A stretch of DNA of 64,000 nucleotides from assembly GCA_963764625.1 (NCBI GenBank), contig CAVXTH010000001.1, positions 146,681-210,680 on the forward strand. The letters run 5' to 3'. Below are positions 19,824 through 28,778 of the stretch, in pieces. The stretch comes from Candidatus Krumholzibacteriota bacterium. GTDB taxonomy: Bacteria; Krumholzibacteriota; Krumholzibacteriia; JAJRXK01. The notes beneath the pieces were generated by a model. The model was not told the origin of the DNA, made no database searches, and saw only the letters and a list, made by a program, of their open reading frames with translations. A program made the translations under genes and the position numbers. Numbering within the stretch: position 1 is the first letter of the stretch; each line of letters begins with the position of its first letter.

Positions 19824-20135
19824 CTAATGCCTGAGACGGTCCACTTGCTCCACGTGGACGGTCTGAAAGTTACGAAAGATGGCCAGGACGATGGCCAAGG
19901 CAACCGCCGCTTCCGCCGCGGCCAGAACGATGATGAAGATGGTCATGAACTGACCACTCAGCTCCGCCGAGCTGTAACGCGAAAACGCCACGAAATTCAG
20001 CGCAGCCGAGTTCAAAATGAACTCGACCCCCATGAGCATGACGATGGCATTCCGCCGACTCATCACAATGAACAAGCCGAGCGCGAAGAGGATTGCACCC
20101 AGAGTCAGATAGTGGGTCAGGCCCACGTGCATCAC
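19824..20135 (-). CDS. nuoK: NADH-quinone oxidoreductase subunit K
   Basis: RRNAIVMLMGVE and AAAEAAVALA. Confidence 0.95.
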   Translation of the reverse strand: MMHVGLTHYLTLGAILFALGLFIVMSRRNAIVMLMGVEFILNSAALNFVAFSRYSSAELSGQFMTIFIIVLAAAEAAVALAIVLAIFRNFQTVHVEQVDRLRH

Positions 20136-20647
20136 TTCGAGTCCTCCTTGTCGGTGCCTCGCTCGCGGATGATCATCGCCGCCCCCATCATCGCCACCAG
20201 CAAGAGGATGCTGGTGAATTCGAAGGGAAAGAGGTAGCGGGTCATGATGCCGTGGCCGATGAGAGCGGTCGTCGGTTGCGATTCGCTGAGCGCAGCCAGA
20301 GGCCAGACCGTCCGGTAGATGGTCAGGAGCATGAGAACCAGCACCACGATCGCCACCGCCAGCGCAGGGGCGGGCTGAACCAACTCGTCGGTCAAGCTGG
20401 TGCTCATGATGCGGTTGGTCATCATGACCGCGAACAACACGAGGACGAGGATCCCGCCCACGTAGACGACGATTTGGGTGATGGCCAGGAAGTCCGCGCC
20501 CAGAAAGACGTACATGGCGGAGACGCCCAAGAGCGAAAAGAGCAGCGCCATCCCGCTATGCACGACCGAGCGACTGAACGCAACCACCAGGCCGGCGCCG
20601 ACGGTAACCGCGGCGAAGAGGTACCAAATGAGATCTCCGGTCGTCAC
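20132..20647 (-). CDS. nuoJ: NADH-quinone oxidoreductase subunit J
   Basis: QIVVYVGGILVLVLFAVMM and YLFPFE. Confidence 0.95.
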   Translation of the reverse strand: MTTGDLIWYLFAAVTVGAGLVVAFSRSVVHSGMALLFSLLGVSAMYVFLGADFLAITQIVVYVGGILVLVLFAVMMTNRIMSTSLTDELVQPAPALAVAIVVLVLMLLTIYRTVWPLAALSESQPTTALIGHGIMTRYLFPFEFTSILLLVAMMGAAMIIRERGTDKEDSK

Positions 20648-21147
20648 TTTGTCCCCTCTTCGGCTGGGGTCTCGGACGAAGTCGCGGAGGCCGAGGCGGC
20701 GCCTTCGTCTTCCTGGGGTTTCTTGGGGATCTTGTAGGGAAACACCGGCTCGTCGACGTACTCGTAGACCAGCCGGCTGCGCTTGTAGAGCGAATGATCA
20801 TAGTCGTGACTCATGGTGATGCAATTGGTCGGGCACGGCTCGGTGCAGAGCGAACACCAGATGCACTTGTTGTAGTCGATCGCGAAGCGGGACATCTTCC
20901 GCTCCTTGCCCTTGCCTTCCATCTCGATGTAGATGCAGTCGACCGGACAGGCTTTGGCGCAGAGCTGGCACGCGGTGCAGCGCGGCACGTCGTTGTGGAC
21001 GAAGCCCCGGAAGCGCTCGGGCAGAGACCAGCGCTCGTCGGGAAACTGCTGGGTCACCGGCTTCTTGAAGAAATATTTGATGGTGATCCGCATGCCCTTG
21101 GCAATCGAGCTCAGGCTTCGCTGGATATCACCGGCTAATTTCACCAC
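20644..21147 (-). CDS. nuoI: NADH-quinone oxidoreductase subunit I
   Basis: Two [4Fe-4S] motifs CTACQLCAKACP and CIWCSLCTEPCP. Confidence 0.95.
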   Translation of the reverse strand: MVKLAGDIQRSLSSIAKGMRITIKYFFKKPVTQQFPDERWSLPERFRGFVHNDVPRCTACQLCAKACPVDCIYIEMEGKGKERKMSRFAIDYNKCIWCSLCTEPCPTNCITMSHDYDHSLYKRSRLVYEYVDEPVFPYKIPKKPQEDEGAASASATSSETPAEEGTK

Positions 21148-21175
21148 GTCGTCCTCGCTTTGAGCCGCGCTCCGG

Positions 21176-22222
21176 CTAGAACAGAACTTTCAACAGGCCA
21201 AACACCAGCAGCAGAGCCAGTACGATGGGCAGGAGCACTTTCCAACACACCGACATGAGTTGGTCCACCCGCAGCCGCGGAAGGGTCCAGCGCAACCACA
21301 TCTGCAGAAACACCAGGAGCACGCTCTTCCCTACGAAAATGACCGGCGCCGGAATAACGCGATCGAGCGCCGGAACCCCCGAGTTCCATCCGCCCAGAAA
21401 GACCGCCACCGCAATCGCCGCCACCGCGAACATGTCTGCGTATTCGCCCAGCATGAAGAAGGCAAATTTCATCCCCGTATACTCGGTGTGGTATCCCGCC
21501 ACGAGCTCCGACTCCGATTCCGGGAGATCGAAGGGAATCCGGTTGACCTCCGCCAGCGAAGCGATGAGGTAGATGAAGAAGCTCACCAGGAGCAAGGGGT
21601 GGAACACGTGCCAATGAAAGATCCAACCGCTCTGCGCCTGGGTGATGACGCCCAAGTTCAGACTCCCGGTGGTCATCACCACCGGGAGAACCGCGAGCGC
21701 GAGCGGGATCTCGTAGGAGACCACCTGGGCGGCCCCGCGCATGGCTCCGTACAGCGCCCATTTGTTGTTGCTCCCCCACCCCGCCATGATGATCCCGATG
21801 ACCACCAAACTACTGGTGGCGAAGGCGTAGAAGAGCCCCACGTCCAACTTCGCGCCCACGAAACTGGGACCGAAGGGAAGCACCACGAAAGTGAGAAAAG
21901 CGCCGGTGAAGCAAACCACGGGGGCGGCGCGCCACAGCACCTTGTCAGCGCTGGCGGGAGCGATGTCCTCTTTGAGCAGGAACTTGATGCCGTCGGCGAC
22001 CGGCTGCAGGATTCCGTGCCAGTGCCCGACGTACATCGGGCCATACCGCGACTGCATGAAACCGGCGACCTTGCGCTCCGCCAGGCTGAAGATCATCACC
22101 GCCACCGCAACCCCGACCAGGATGATCACCGCGATCGTAAGCATGGCCAATCCCTGCAAGAGCGGCTGCGGCCAGCTAGCTGAGATCGCGGCGTTCTTGA
22201 AAGCTGCGTAGAAGAATTCCAA
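21176..22222 (-). CDS. nuoH: NADH-quinone oxidoreductase subunit H
   Basis: ERKVAGFMQSRYGP, QPVADGIK and RIPFDLPESESELVAGY. Probable TTG start at 22222. Confidence 0.95.
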   Translation of the reverse strand: MEFFYAAFKNAAISASWPQPLLQGLAMLTIAVIILVGVAVAVMIFSLAERKVAGFMQSRYGPMYVGHWHGILQPVADGIKFLLKEDIAPASADKVLWRAAPVVCFTGAFLTFVVLPFGPSFVGAKLDVGLFYAFATSSLVVIGIIMAGWGSNNKWALYGAMRGAAQVVSYEIPLALAVLPVVMTTGSLNLGVITQAQSGWIFHWHVFHPLLLVSFFIYLIASLAEVNRIPFDLPESESELVAGYHTEYTGMKFAFFMLGEYADMFAVAAIAVAVFLGGWNSGVPALDRVIPAPVIFVGKSVLLVFLQMWLRWTLPRLRVDQLMSVCWKVLLPIVLALLLVFGLLKVLF

Positions 22223-22270
22223 TGCTGCCTTCGTCTCCTCGTTGCCCCGGCGCAAGAGCCCGCGGGGCGC

Positions 22271-23464
22271 CTATCGGTCGATCTCTCCCAGGACCAGATC
22301 CAAGGATCCCACGGTGGCCACGAGGTCGGAGATCATCTGACCCCGGCCCACTTTCTCGATGACGCTGAGGTTGTGAATCGATGGGCTGCGCGTCTTGCAC
22401 CGAAACGGCACGGTCCCCCCGTCGCTCACGATCCAAAAGCCCAGCTCACCCTTCGGATTCTCCGCGCGGAAGAAGATCTCGCTGGGAGGAATCTTCAGAT
22501 TCTTGGGCATCTCCGCCATCACTTCGCCGCGCTTGGGGATCGCTTCGATCGCCTGCGCCACGATGCGGGTGGACTGTTCCATTTCGTCCATGCGCACTTT
22601 GTACCGATCCCAACAGTCACCGGGCGTTCCCATTTTGCCGCTGCCCACCGCGGTCTCGAAATCGAATCGATCGTAGATGCTGTAGGGTTCATCCTTCCTC
22701 AGATCGAAGTTGACACCAGCACCACGAAGCACGGGGCCGCTGCACCCGTAGGCGATTGCATCCTTCTTGTTGATCACGCCGACGTTGGCGGTGCGCTGGA
22801 TGAAAATCTCGTTGGTCGAAAGAAGGGTGTCGTACTCCTTCAGCTTCTTCGGGAAGAGCTCCACGAAGAGCTTGATTTCCTCCATGGCGTCATCGGGGAT
22901 GTCCCACTTCACGCCGCCCACGTCGTAGTAGGTGTACATCAGGCGCGCGCCACAGATCTTCTCGAAGATGTTGAGGATGGCTTCGCGCTCGCGGATGGCG
23001 TGGAGGAACGGAGTGAATGCGCCGATGTCCAGACCGTAGGTTCCAAAGGCAATGAGGTGGCTCGCGATTCGGTTGAGCTCGCCCACGATGACGCGCACGT
23101 ACTCCGCGTACTCGGGGATCGTAACCTCCATCCCCGCCGCGCGCATCAGAGCTTCCACCGCCGAGACGTAGGTCCAGTTGCAGTTCATGGCCGCGAGGTA
23201 ATCCATGCGGTCGGTGTAGAGCACGTACTGGTGGTAGGTGTTTCCCTCGGCGATCTTCTCGGCACAGCGGTGAAGATAGCCCAGGTAGGGAATCACTTCG
23301 TTGACGATCTCACCGTCGGTAGTGATGAAGAGCCGCAAGACCCCGTGGGTGGCCGGATGCTGGGGCCCCATGTTGATGTGCAAGAGCTGGCTCTTCAACG
23401 GTCGGGCCGTGTCATCGGTGCGCGCGGTGGTCAGCTCTCCCACGACGCTCTGTCGGTTCATCAT
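22271..23464 (-). CDS. nuoD: NADH-quinone oxidoreductase subunit D
   Basis: [19 protein letters not shown] and C-terminal DLVLGEIDR; no NiFe-binding CxxC pairs. Confidence 0.96.
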   Translation of the reverse strand: MMNRQSVVGELTTARTDDTARPLKSQLLHINMGPQHPATHGVLRLFITTDGEIVNEVIPYLGYLHRCAEKIAEGNTYHQYVLYTDRMDYLAAMNCNWTYVSAVEALMRAAGMEVTIPEYAEYVRVIVGELNRIASHLIAFGTYGLDIGAFTPFLHAIREREAILNIFEKICGARLMYTYYDVGGVKWDIPDDAMEEIKLFVELFPKKLKEYDTLLSTNEIFIQRTANVGVINKKDAIAYGCSGPVLRGAGVNFDLRKDEPYSIYDRFDFETAVGSGKMGTPGDCWDRYKVRMDEMEQSTRIVAQAIEAIPKRGEVMAEMPKNLKIPPSEIFFRAENPKGELGFWIVSDGGTVPFRCKTRSPSIHNLSVIEKVGRGQMISDLVATVGSLDLVLGEIDR

Positions 23465-24060
23465 TCCTCCTCCGCCCCCCTCTTCTCCCGCACCGCCAGG
23501 GGCAATCCTTCCAGGGGAACCCCCTGCCACTGCACCGGCATCTGGTAGTCCTTGCGGAGAGGCCACCCTTCCCAGTCCTCGGGCAGCAGCAGGCGGCGTG
23601 GATCGGGATGGCCTTCGAACTCGATTCCGTACATGTCATAGGCTTCGCGTTCGTGCCACAGGGCGGTGGGCCAGACCCTACTCACGCTGGCGATCTTGGG
23701 ATCTTCGCGCTTGGTCCGCACCTTCAACACGAAGCGTTCGCGCGTGGTGAGCGATTCCAGGTGGTAGGACATGCCCAGGTCGGCGGTGCCGGGCTCTGTG
23801 ACCGGCTCGACTTTTCCGTCCTCGGCGTACTTCCCGATGTCGCGGTGCTTCCCGCGTCCCTTTTCGTCGAGGCCCTCGAAGTCGATCCCCGCCGCGATGA
23901 GCAGACGATCGAAGTTCGCTTCGTCGCGCAGAACGAGGGCCACCTCGTCGATGCGAGAGGCTTTTACTTCGAGATAGGGTTCGGGGCATTCGAACTGGGC
24001 GCCGAGGACCGCCTTGGGGCAGCGCTTCTCGACGAGTTCTCGAATCTGTTCAGGCGACAT
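23461..24060 (-). CDS. nuoC: NADH-quinone oxidoreductase subunit C
   Basis: [30 protein letters not shown]. Confidence 0.95.
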   Translation of the reverse strand: MSPEQIRELVEKRCPKAVLGAQFECPEPYLEVKASRIDEVALVLRDEANFDRLLIAAGIDFEGLDEKGRGKHRDIGKYAEDGKVEPVTEPGTADLGMSYHLESLTTRERFVLKVRTKREDPKIASVSRVWPTALWHEREAYDMYGIEFEGHPDPRRLLLPEDWEGWPLRKDYQMPVQWQGVPLEGLPLAVREKRGAEEE

Positions 24061-24086
24061 TCGCGTCCGCTCCAGGGTCCTTGCGA

Positions 24087-24716
24087 TCACTCGGGAATCG
24101 TCGTGATGTACTGATCAACCCACTTGGGTTTGCGCCACTTGCCCTTCTTCCCACGGATCTTGTCCTGCAGCCGCATGAGGCCGTCGAGAAGGACTTCCGG
24201 CCGTGGGGGACATCCGGGAACGTACACGTCCACCGGCACCATGAGATCGACGCCTTTCACCACGTGATATCCGTACTTGAAGTAGGGTCCGCCGCCGATC
24301 GCGCAGCTTCCCATGGCGATGACCCACTTGGGATCGGGCATTTGGTCGTAGAGGCGCTTGATCCGCAGGGCCATCTTGGCCGTCACCGTGCCCGACACGA
24401 TCATGAGGTCGGTCTGCCGGGGCGTTCCCCGCATGGCGCCCGCACCGAACCGGTCCATGTCGTAGCGCGTCCCCGCGGCCGACATCATTTCGATCGCGCA
24501 ACAGGCCAGCCCGAAGGTCATGGGCCAGATGCTCCAAAGCCGGGCCCAGCGAAAGAGATCGTCCACCTTGCCGAGCATCACGTTGGAGGGACCGGGCTGC
24601 GAGACCTCGGCCAGGTCTTCGTCGATCTTGAAGTCGAGCATGTGCTCCCAGTCGGCCGGATCTCTTTTGATGTGCGGGCCCTGCAGCCAGATCGGGGCCT
24701 TGGGTTCATCGGACAT
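24087..24716 (-). CDS. nuoB: NADH-quinone oxidoreductase subunit B
   Basis: [18 protein letters not shown] and PGCPPRPE (N2 cluster ligands). Confidence 0.96.
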   Translation of the reverse strand: MSDEPKAPIWLQGPHIKRDPADWEHMLDFKIDEDLAEVSQPGPSNVMLGKVDDLFRWARLWSIWPMTFGLACCAIEMMSAAGTRYDMDRFGAGAMRGTPRQTDLMIVSGTVTAKMALRIKRLYDQMPDPKWVIAMGSCAIGGGPYFKYGYHVVKGVDLMVPVDVYVPGCPPRPEVLLDGLMRLQDKIRGKKGKWRKPKWVDQYITTIPE

Positions 24717-24719
24717 CGC

Positions 24720-25202
24720 TCACGCTCCCTCCGGCTTCGCGCTCTTGTGGGCCGAGGGAGCATCCGCGGGGTATTGACCCGAGCTGTACCACGAGAGCGA
24801 TTCCATTTCGTCCTCGTCCCGCGGCGCCAAGCTCTTCACCCAGGCCAGATCCCCCTTCGCCCACACATAGGCCAATCCGACCAGGAGAATGGCCACGAAC
24901 AGAACCATTTCCCAGAAAACGAAGCTGCCCGTCGAGGCCAGCATCTCCTTGAAGACCACGGCCCAGGGCAACAGAAATACGACTTCGACGTCGAAGACGA
25001 TGAAGAAGAGCGCCACCAGATAGAAGCGCACGTTGAAGCGAACCCAGGGCGAACCCTCCGGGACCTCGCCGCACTCGTAGGCCATTTCCTCTTTGCGCGA
25101 GCGCTTGCGCGGCCGCAGCGCCCAGGAGATCGCGAGGGTGATGACCGCGAATCCCACCGAGAGCGCGAGAAAGACCAGGACGGTTGCGAAGCGACTGAGC
25201 AC
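24720..25202 (-). CDS. nuoA: NADH-quinone oxidoreductase subunit A
   Basis: YECGE, FYLVALFFIVFDVEVVFLLPWA and KGDLAW. GTG start at 25202 after GAAGGA. Confidence 0.95.
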   Translation of the reverse strand: MLSRFATVLVFLALSVGFAVITLAISWALRPRKRSRKEEMAYECGEVPEGSPWVRFNVRFYLVALFFIVFDVEVVFLLPWAVVFKEMLASTGSFVFWEMVLFVAILLVGLAYVWAKGDLAWVKSLAPRDEDEMESLSWYSSGQYPADAPSAHKSAKPEGA

Positions 25203-25373
25203 CGTGAACGTTCCTTCAAGCTTGAGGCGATGCGAAACCCCGCGGGATGCGCGACCCGCCTTCCCACGGCCCCCGCGGGCAAGAGAACCCATATAGAGCC
25301 CGCTTGCGAACTCAAGTCAAGCATGCATGAGGATCCATGCAGGCCGACGCGAAATCCCTGGTCCGCTAGCTCT

Positions 25374-25401
25374 GATTCGATTATGATCAAATCATCGAAT
25401 C
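25374..25401. promoter_or_regulatory. Palindromic operator candidate between nuoA and the ArsR-like gene
   Basis: GATTCGATtAT-N6-ATcATCGAATC, with 10 of 11 arm positions complementary, AT-rich within GC-rich DNA. Confidence 0.6.
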
Positions 25402-25486
25402 GGCTGGGAGCATAACGGAGAGGGGGTCCCCCTCTCTCCGCACGCTTGCCAATGATAGAAGCGCGCAGCCGCAGGCCAAGCCCGCG

Positions 25487-26065
25487 ATGAACCCTTCCGG
25501 CGAAATGGATTTCCTCACCGAGGCCTTCCGCGCGCTCAACGAGCCGGGGCGGCTGAAAATGGTGGGTCTTCTGGCCATGCGACCCCGCTACGGCGAGGAG
25601 CTGGCCGAGATCCTCGCGCTCTCTCCCGCCACGGTTTCGCACCATCTGAGCCGCCTCCGGGAGGGGAATCTCGTCCTTTCGATCAAGGAACCGCCCTACA
25701 TCCGCTACGAACTGTGTGAAGGGGTCCTCCCTCGCCTCTGCCGGCTCATAAACTCGGCCGAACGCTGGGCGGAGGCGTTCGGACTTCCCAGCGAGGAGCT
25801 GCTCACCCAACAGGCCCTGCGCCCGGTGCTCGACGGAGAGGGCCGGGTGGCGCGCCTTCCCAAATCGCCCCGGCATCGCACCCTCGTTCTGCGCTGGATC
25901 GTGCTGCACTTCGAATCGGGACGCATCTATCCGCAGCGGGAGGTCCGGCGCATTCTCATGGAGCTGTGCCGGGACGATGAACTGGCCTGCCGGGAGCTGG
26001 TGGCGCGCGGCTGGCTGCAACAAAAGGGCGGTGTGATGCGCCGCACCGAGGAAGTTCCCTCATGA
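25487..26065 (+). CDS. ArsR/SmtB-family HTH regulator with C-terminal DUF2087-like domain
   Basis: FRALNEPGRL..EELAEILALSPATVSHHLSRLREGNLV; C-terminal GRVARLP..F..GRIY..RELV..G.L. Confidence 0.8.
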   Translation: MNPSGEMDFLTEAFRALNEPGRLKMVGLLAMRPRYGEELAEILALSPATVSHHLSRLREGNLVLSIKEPPYIRYELCEGVLPRLCRLINSAERWAEAFGLPSEELLTQQALRPVLDGEGRVARLPKSPRHRTLVLRWIVLHFESGRIYPQREVRRILMELCRDDELACRELVARGWLQQKGGVMRRTEEVPS

Positions 26066-26481
26066 TCCGCCTGGTAGCGGTGGGAAAACTCAAGGCCGAT
26101 CACTATCGCTCTGCGGTGGCGGACTACGAGCGGAGGATCGGGCGCTTCGCGCGTTTTGAAACGGCGGAGGTGCCTGACCGCGAGCCCGGGAGCGAGGGCC
26201 AGAGCCTTCTGGCCGCGGCGCGGGGGCATCCTCTGGTGGCCTGCGACCCGCAGGGAGAGTCGTGGGACACGCCCGCCTTCGCACGCTTTCTGGGCGAGCA
26301 CGCCAGCCCTTGCTTCTTGATCGGGGGACCCGAAGGCCTCGACTCACCGGTCCTGCGCGCGGCGGAGCGCAGCCTGAGCCTCAGCAGACTCACCTTCCCC
26401 CACGAGATGGCGCGCCTCATCCTCGTCGAGCAGATCTACCGGGCTCTGACTATTCTGAGGGGACATCCCTACCACCGCTGA
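26062..26481 (+). CDS. rlmH: 23S rRNA (pseudouridine1915-N3)-methyltransferase
   Basis: VAVGKLK, FLIGGPEGL and SLSRLTFPHEMARLILVEQIYRALTILRGHPYHR. Confidence 0.95.
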   Translation: MIRLVAVGKLKADHYRSAVADYERRIGRFARFETAEVPDREPGSEGQSLLAAARGHPLVACDPQGESWDTPAFARFLGEHASPCFLIGGPEGLDSPVLRAAERSLSLSRLTFPHEMARLILVEQIYRALTILRGHPYHR

Positions 26482-26533
26482 GGGGCAGGAGCGACTCGTC
26501 CCGCGTTCAGCCTGTCATCGGGGCGTGGAGAGC

Positions 26534-26845
26534 ATGAAAAAGCCCTACCGCTATCATCTTCTTCCCTGCGGGGGTCCCCGCTGCGGTCCGGAAACCGGCG
26601 AGGCCTTCAAGCGCCAGCTCAAGGACCTCCTCCCCGACCGCAAGGCCCTCGGAGTTCGCATCAGCACCACGAGCTGCCAGGGTCTGTGCGAGCACGGTCC
26701 CAATCTCTGCGTGTATCCCGAAGGGGTGGTCTACCATCGGCTTAGCGCGGAAGATTTGCCCCGGATCGTGGAGGAGCACATCCGTGGTGGCCGGCCGGTG
26801 GAGGAGATCATGCAGCGCCGCGCCGACGAGACCGAAACCCCCTGA
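26534..26845 (+). CDS. Thioredoxin-like [2Fe-2S] ferredoxin (NuoE-like fold)
   Basis: C-x4-C-x30-C-x3-C followed by GPNLCVYPEGVVY..IVEEHI.GG.PV. Confidence 0.88.
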   Translation: MKKPYRYHLLPCGGPRCGPETGEAFKRQLKDLLPDRKALGVRISTTSCQGLCEHGPNLCVYPEGVVYHRLSAEDLPRIVEEHIRGGRPVEEIMQRRADETETP

Positions 26846-27084
26846 GAAGACGCCCTTTTGGTCCGGTCTTGGACCGTTCCTTGCTGCGACGAGGCAGCGC
26901 CGGGGAGTCTGAGTGGATTCCCGGCCGCTTGAGCCATTTTCGGGAGGGGTTCGGGCATGCTCTGCACGATGGAGCCCCCCTTCCGGAGTCATGCTGCAAG
27001 CTTTCTGGGCGCGCCGTGAGCTCGAGGCAGAGCCGCGCGGGCCCGGGAGAGTCCAGAAACCTCTGACCGGGGATCTCGCCAACC

Positions 27085-28778
27085 TTGTTCAGTGCAGCGC
27101 CAAGACCTCATCACCGCTCCTCGAAGTGCCTGAGCGCCCTCGGGGGATTTGTCTTCGGAATGGCCGCCCTCGTCCTCTCGGGGCTCGGGGCGGGATGTCA
27201 CGACTCCGCGCAGCGGATCGCGCCCCGGCCCAAACCCGTGATTCACAACGGGGGCACCTTTCGTCTGGCCCAGGCCTCACCCAGGAATCTGGATCCGGCG
27301 CGTCTGGAGAGCGTCTACGAGAGCACGGTCGTCAATCAGATCTTCGACGGGCTCATCGCCTTCGACGAGAACCTGAACACCGTCCCCTCGCTGGCCGAGA
27401 GCTGGACGATCTCCAGCAGGACGAACCGTCTACACCTTCCGGATCAAGCACGGCGTCCACTTCCATGACGGGAGCGAGGTCACCGCCAACGACTTCGCCT
27501 ATTCGATCGCCCGCACCTTCCAGCTTCCCGAAGATCAAACGGAGCTGGCCCGTGAGTATCTCTCGCACATCAAGGGAACAGACGAATTCGCCGCCGGAAA
27601 GACCGACCACATCACCGGCATCGAGGTGCTGTCGCCCTATGAGGTCCGCATCACTTTAGAGCCGTCCTTTTGCCTCGTTCCTCATGGTCTTGGCCATGGA
27701 CTGTACGCGCGTGGTGCCCAAACACTACGTGGAGAGCGTCGGCACCGAGGAGTTCGGGCGTCATCCCATCGGAGCCGGGGCTTTCGTGTTGAAGAAGTGG
27801 GTGCAGGACGAAGAAATCGTCCTCACCGCGTTCGATGATTACCACCTCGGCCGCGCGCATCTGGACTCTCTGGTGTTCGAAACGCCGAAAAACGATCGGC
27901 GTGACTACGCCACGAACGCGTTTCTGCGCTATCAGCTCGACCTTCTCGAAGTCCAGCCGGGGCAAGTCGAAGATCTCCGCCGACAGACCGGGATTAACCT
28001 CACCTCGCGACAGGAACTCAGTCTCACCTTCCTGGCGCTGAATCTGGAGGAGAAGCCCTTCGACGACCGCAGAGTCCGCCGGGCTTTCGCCATGGCGGTG
28101 AGTCGCAAGGACCTCTTCGGCCCCAACGACTCCTCGCGCATGACGCCGTACGGCATTCTCCCTCCGGGCATGCCCGGTTACACCCGAATCTCCAAGCTCC
28201 TCCCTCACGATCGCCATCGCGCGTCGGAGCTGCTGATGGAGGCCGGCTACCCCGATGGAAAGGGGCTTCCTCCCATCCATCTGGTCACCGCGGATCAGTC
28301 CGCACAGGCCACCGTGTTCTACGCGAAATTGGCGGCGCAGCTGGCGGAAGTCGGATTCCAGGTCAGCAACGAGCAGTTGAGCTGGCTCGACTTCTTCTCG
28401 CGTCTCAAAGCCGGCGAAGGTGACTGCTTCACTCTGAACTGGGTCGCGGACATTCCCGATCCGGATTCGTTCCTGTACCCGCTCTTCCACAGCCGCGGGG
28501 CCACCAACTACGTCCACTACAAGAACCCGAGTGTGGACGAGTTGTTAGACGCCGGACGCCGCGCCCGCTCTTCTCTGGATCGCCTTCAGGTGTATCGCGA
28601 AGCGGAGCAGATGATCGTGGAAGATGCCCCCATGGTTCCTCTCTTTCACACTCTTACCATCCTGGCCTCACGCGACCAGGTTCAAGGGCTCGATTTGACC
28701 CCGATGGGAATTGGCAACCTCAATTTCAGAAAGATCTGGTTTGAGCCAATTCAGGTGGCGCAAGGAGTGCGGAAGTGA
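27085..28778 (+). CDS. Family 5 (OppA/DppA-like) solute-binding lipoprotein (frameshifts near 27418 and 27668)
   Basis: Lipobox LGAGC; LDPA, IFDGL and PSLAESW; the middle frame reads VYTFRIKHGVHFHDGSEVTAND; then PIGAGAF, PFDDRRVRRA and WVADIPDPDSFL. Confidence 0.85.

Noticed and set aside
22271-24716. Group 4 [NiFe]-hydrogenase interpretation of nuoB/C/D
   Set aside because: The large subunit lacks both CxxC Ni-binding motifs and has the quinone-site GPQHP..HG and terminal GEIDR of NuoD.
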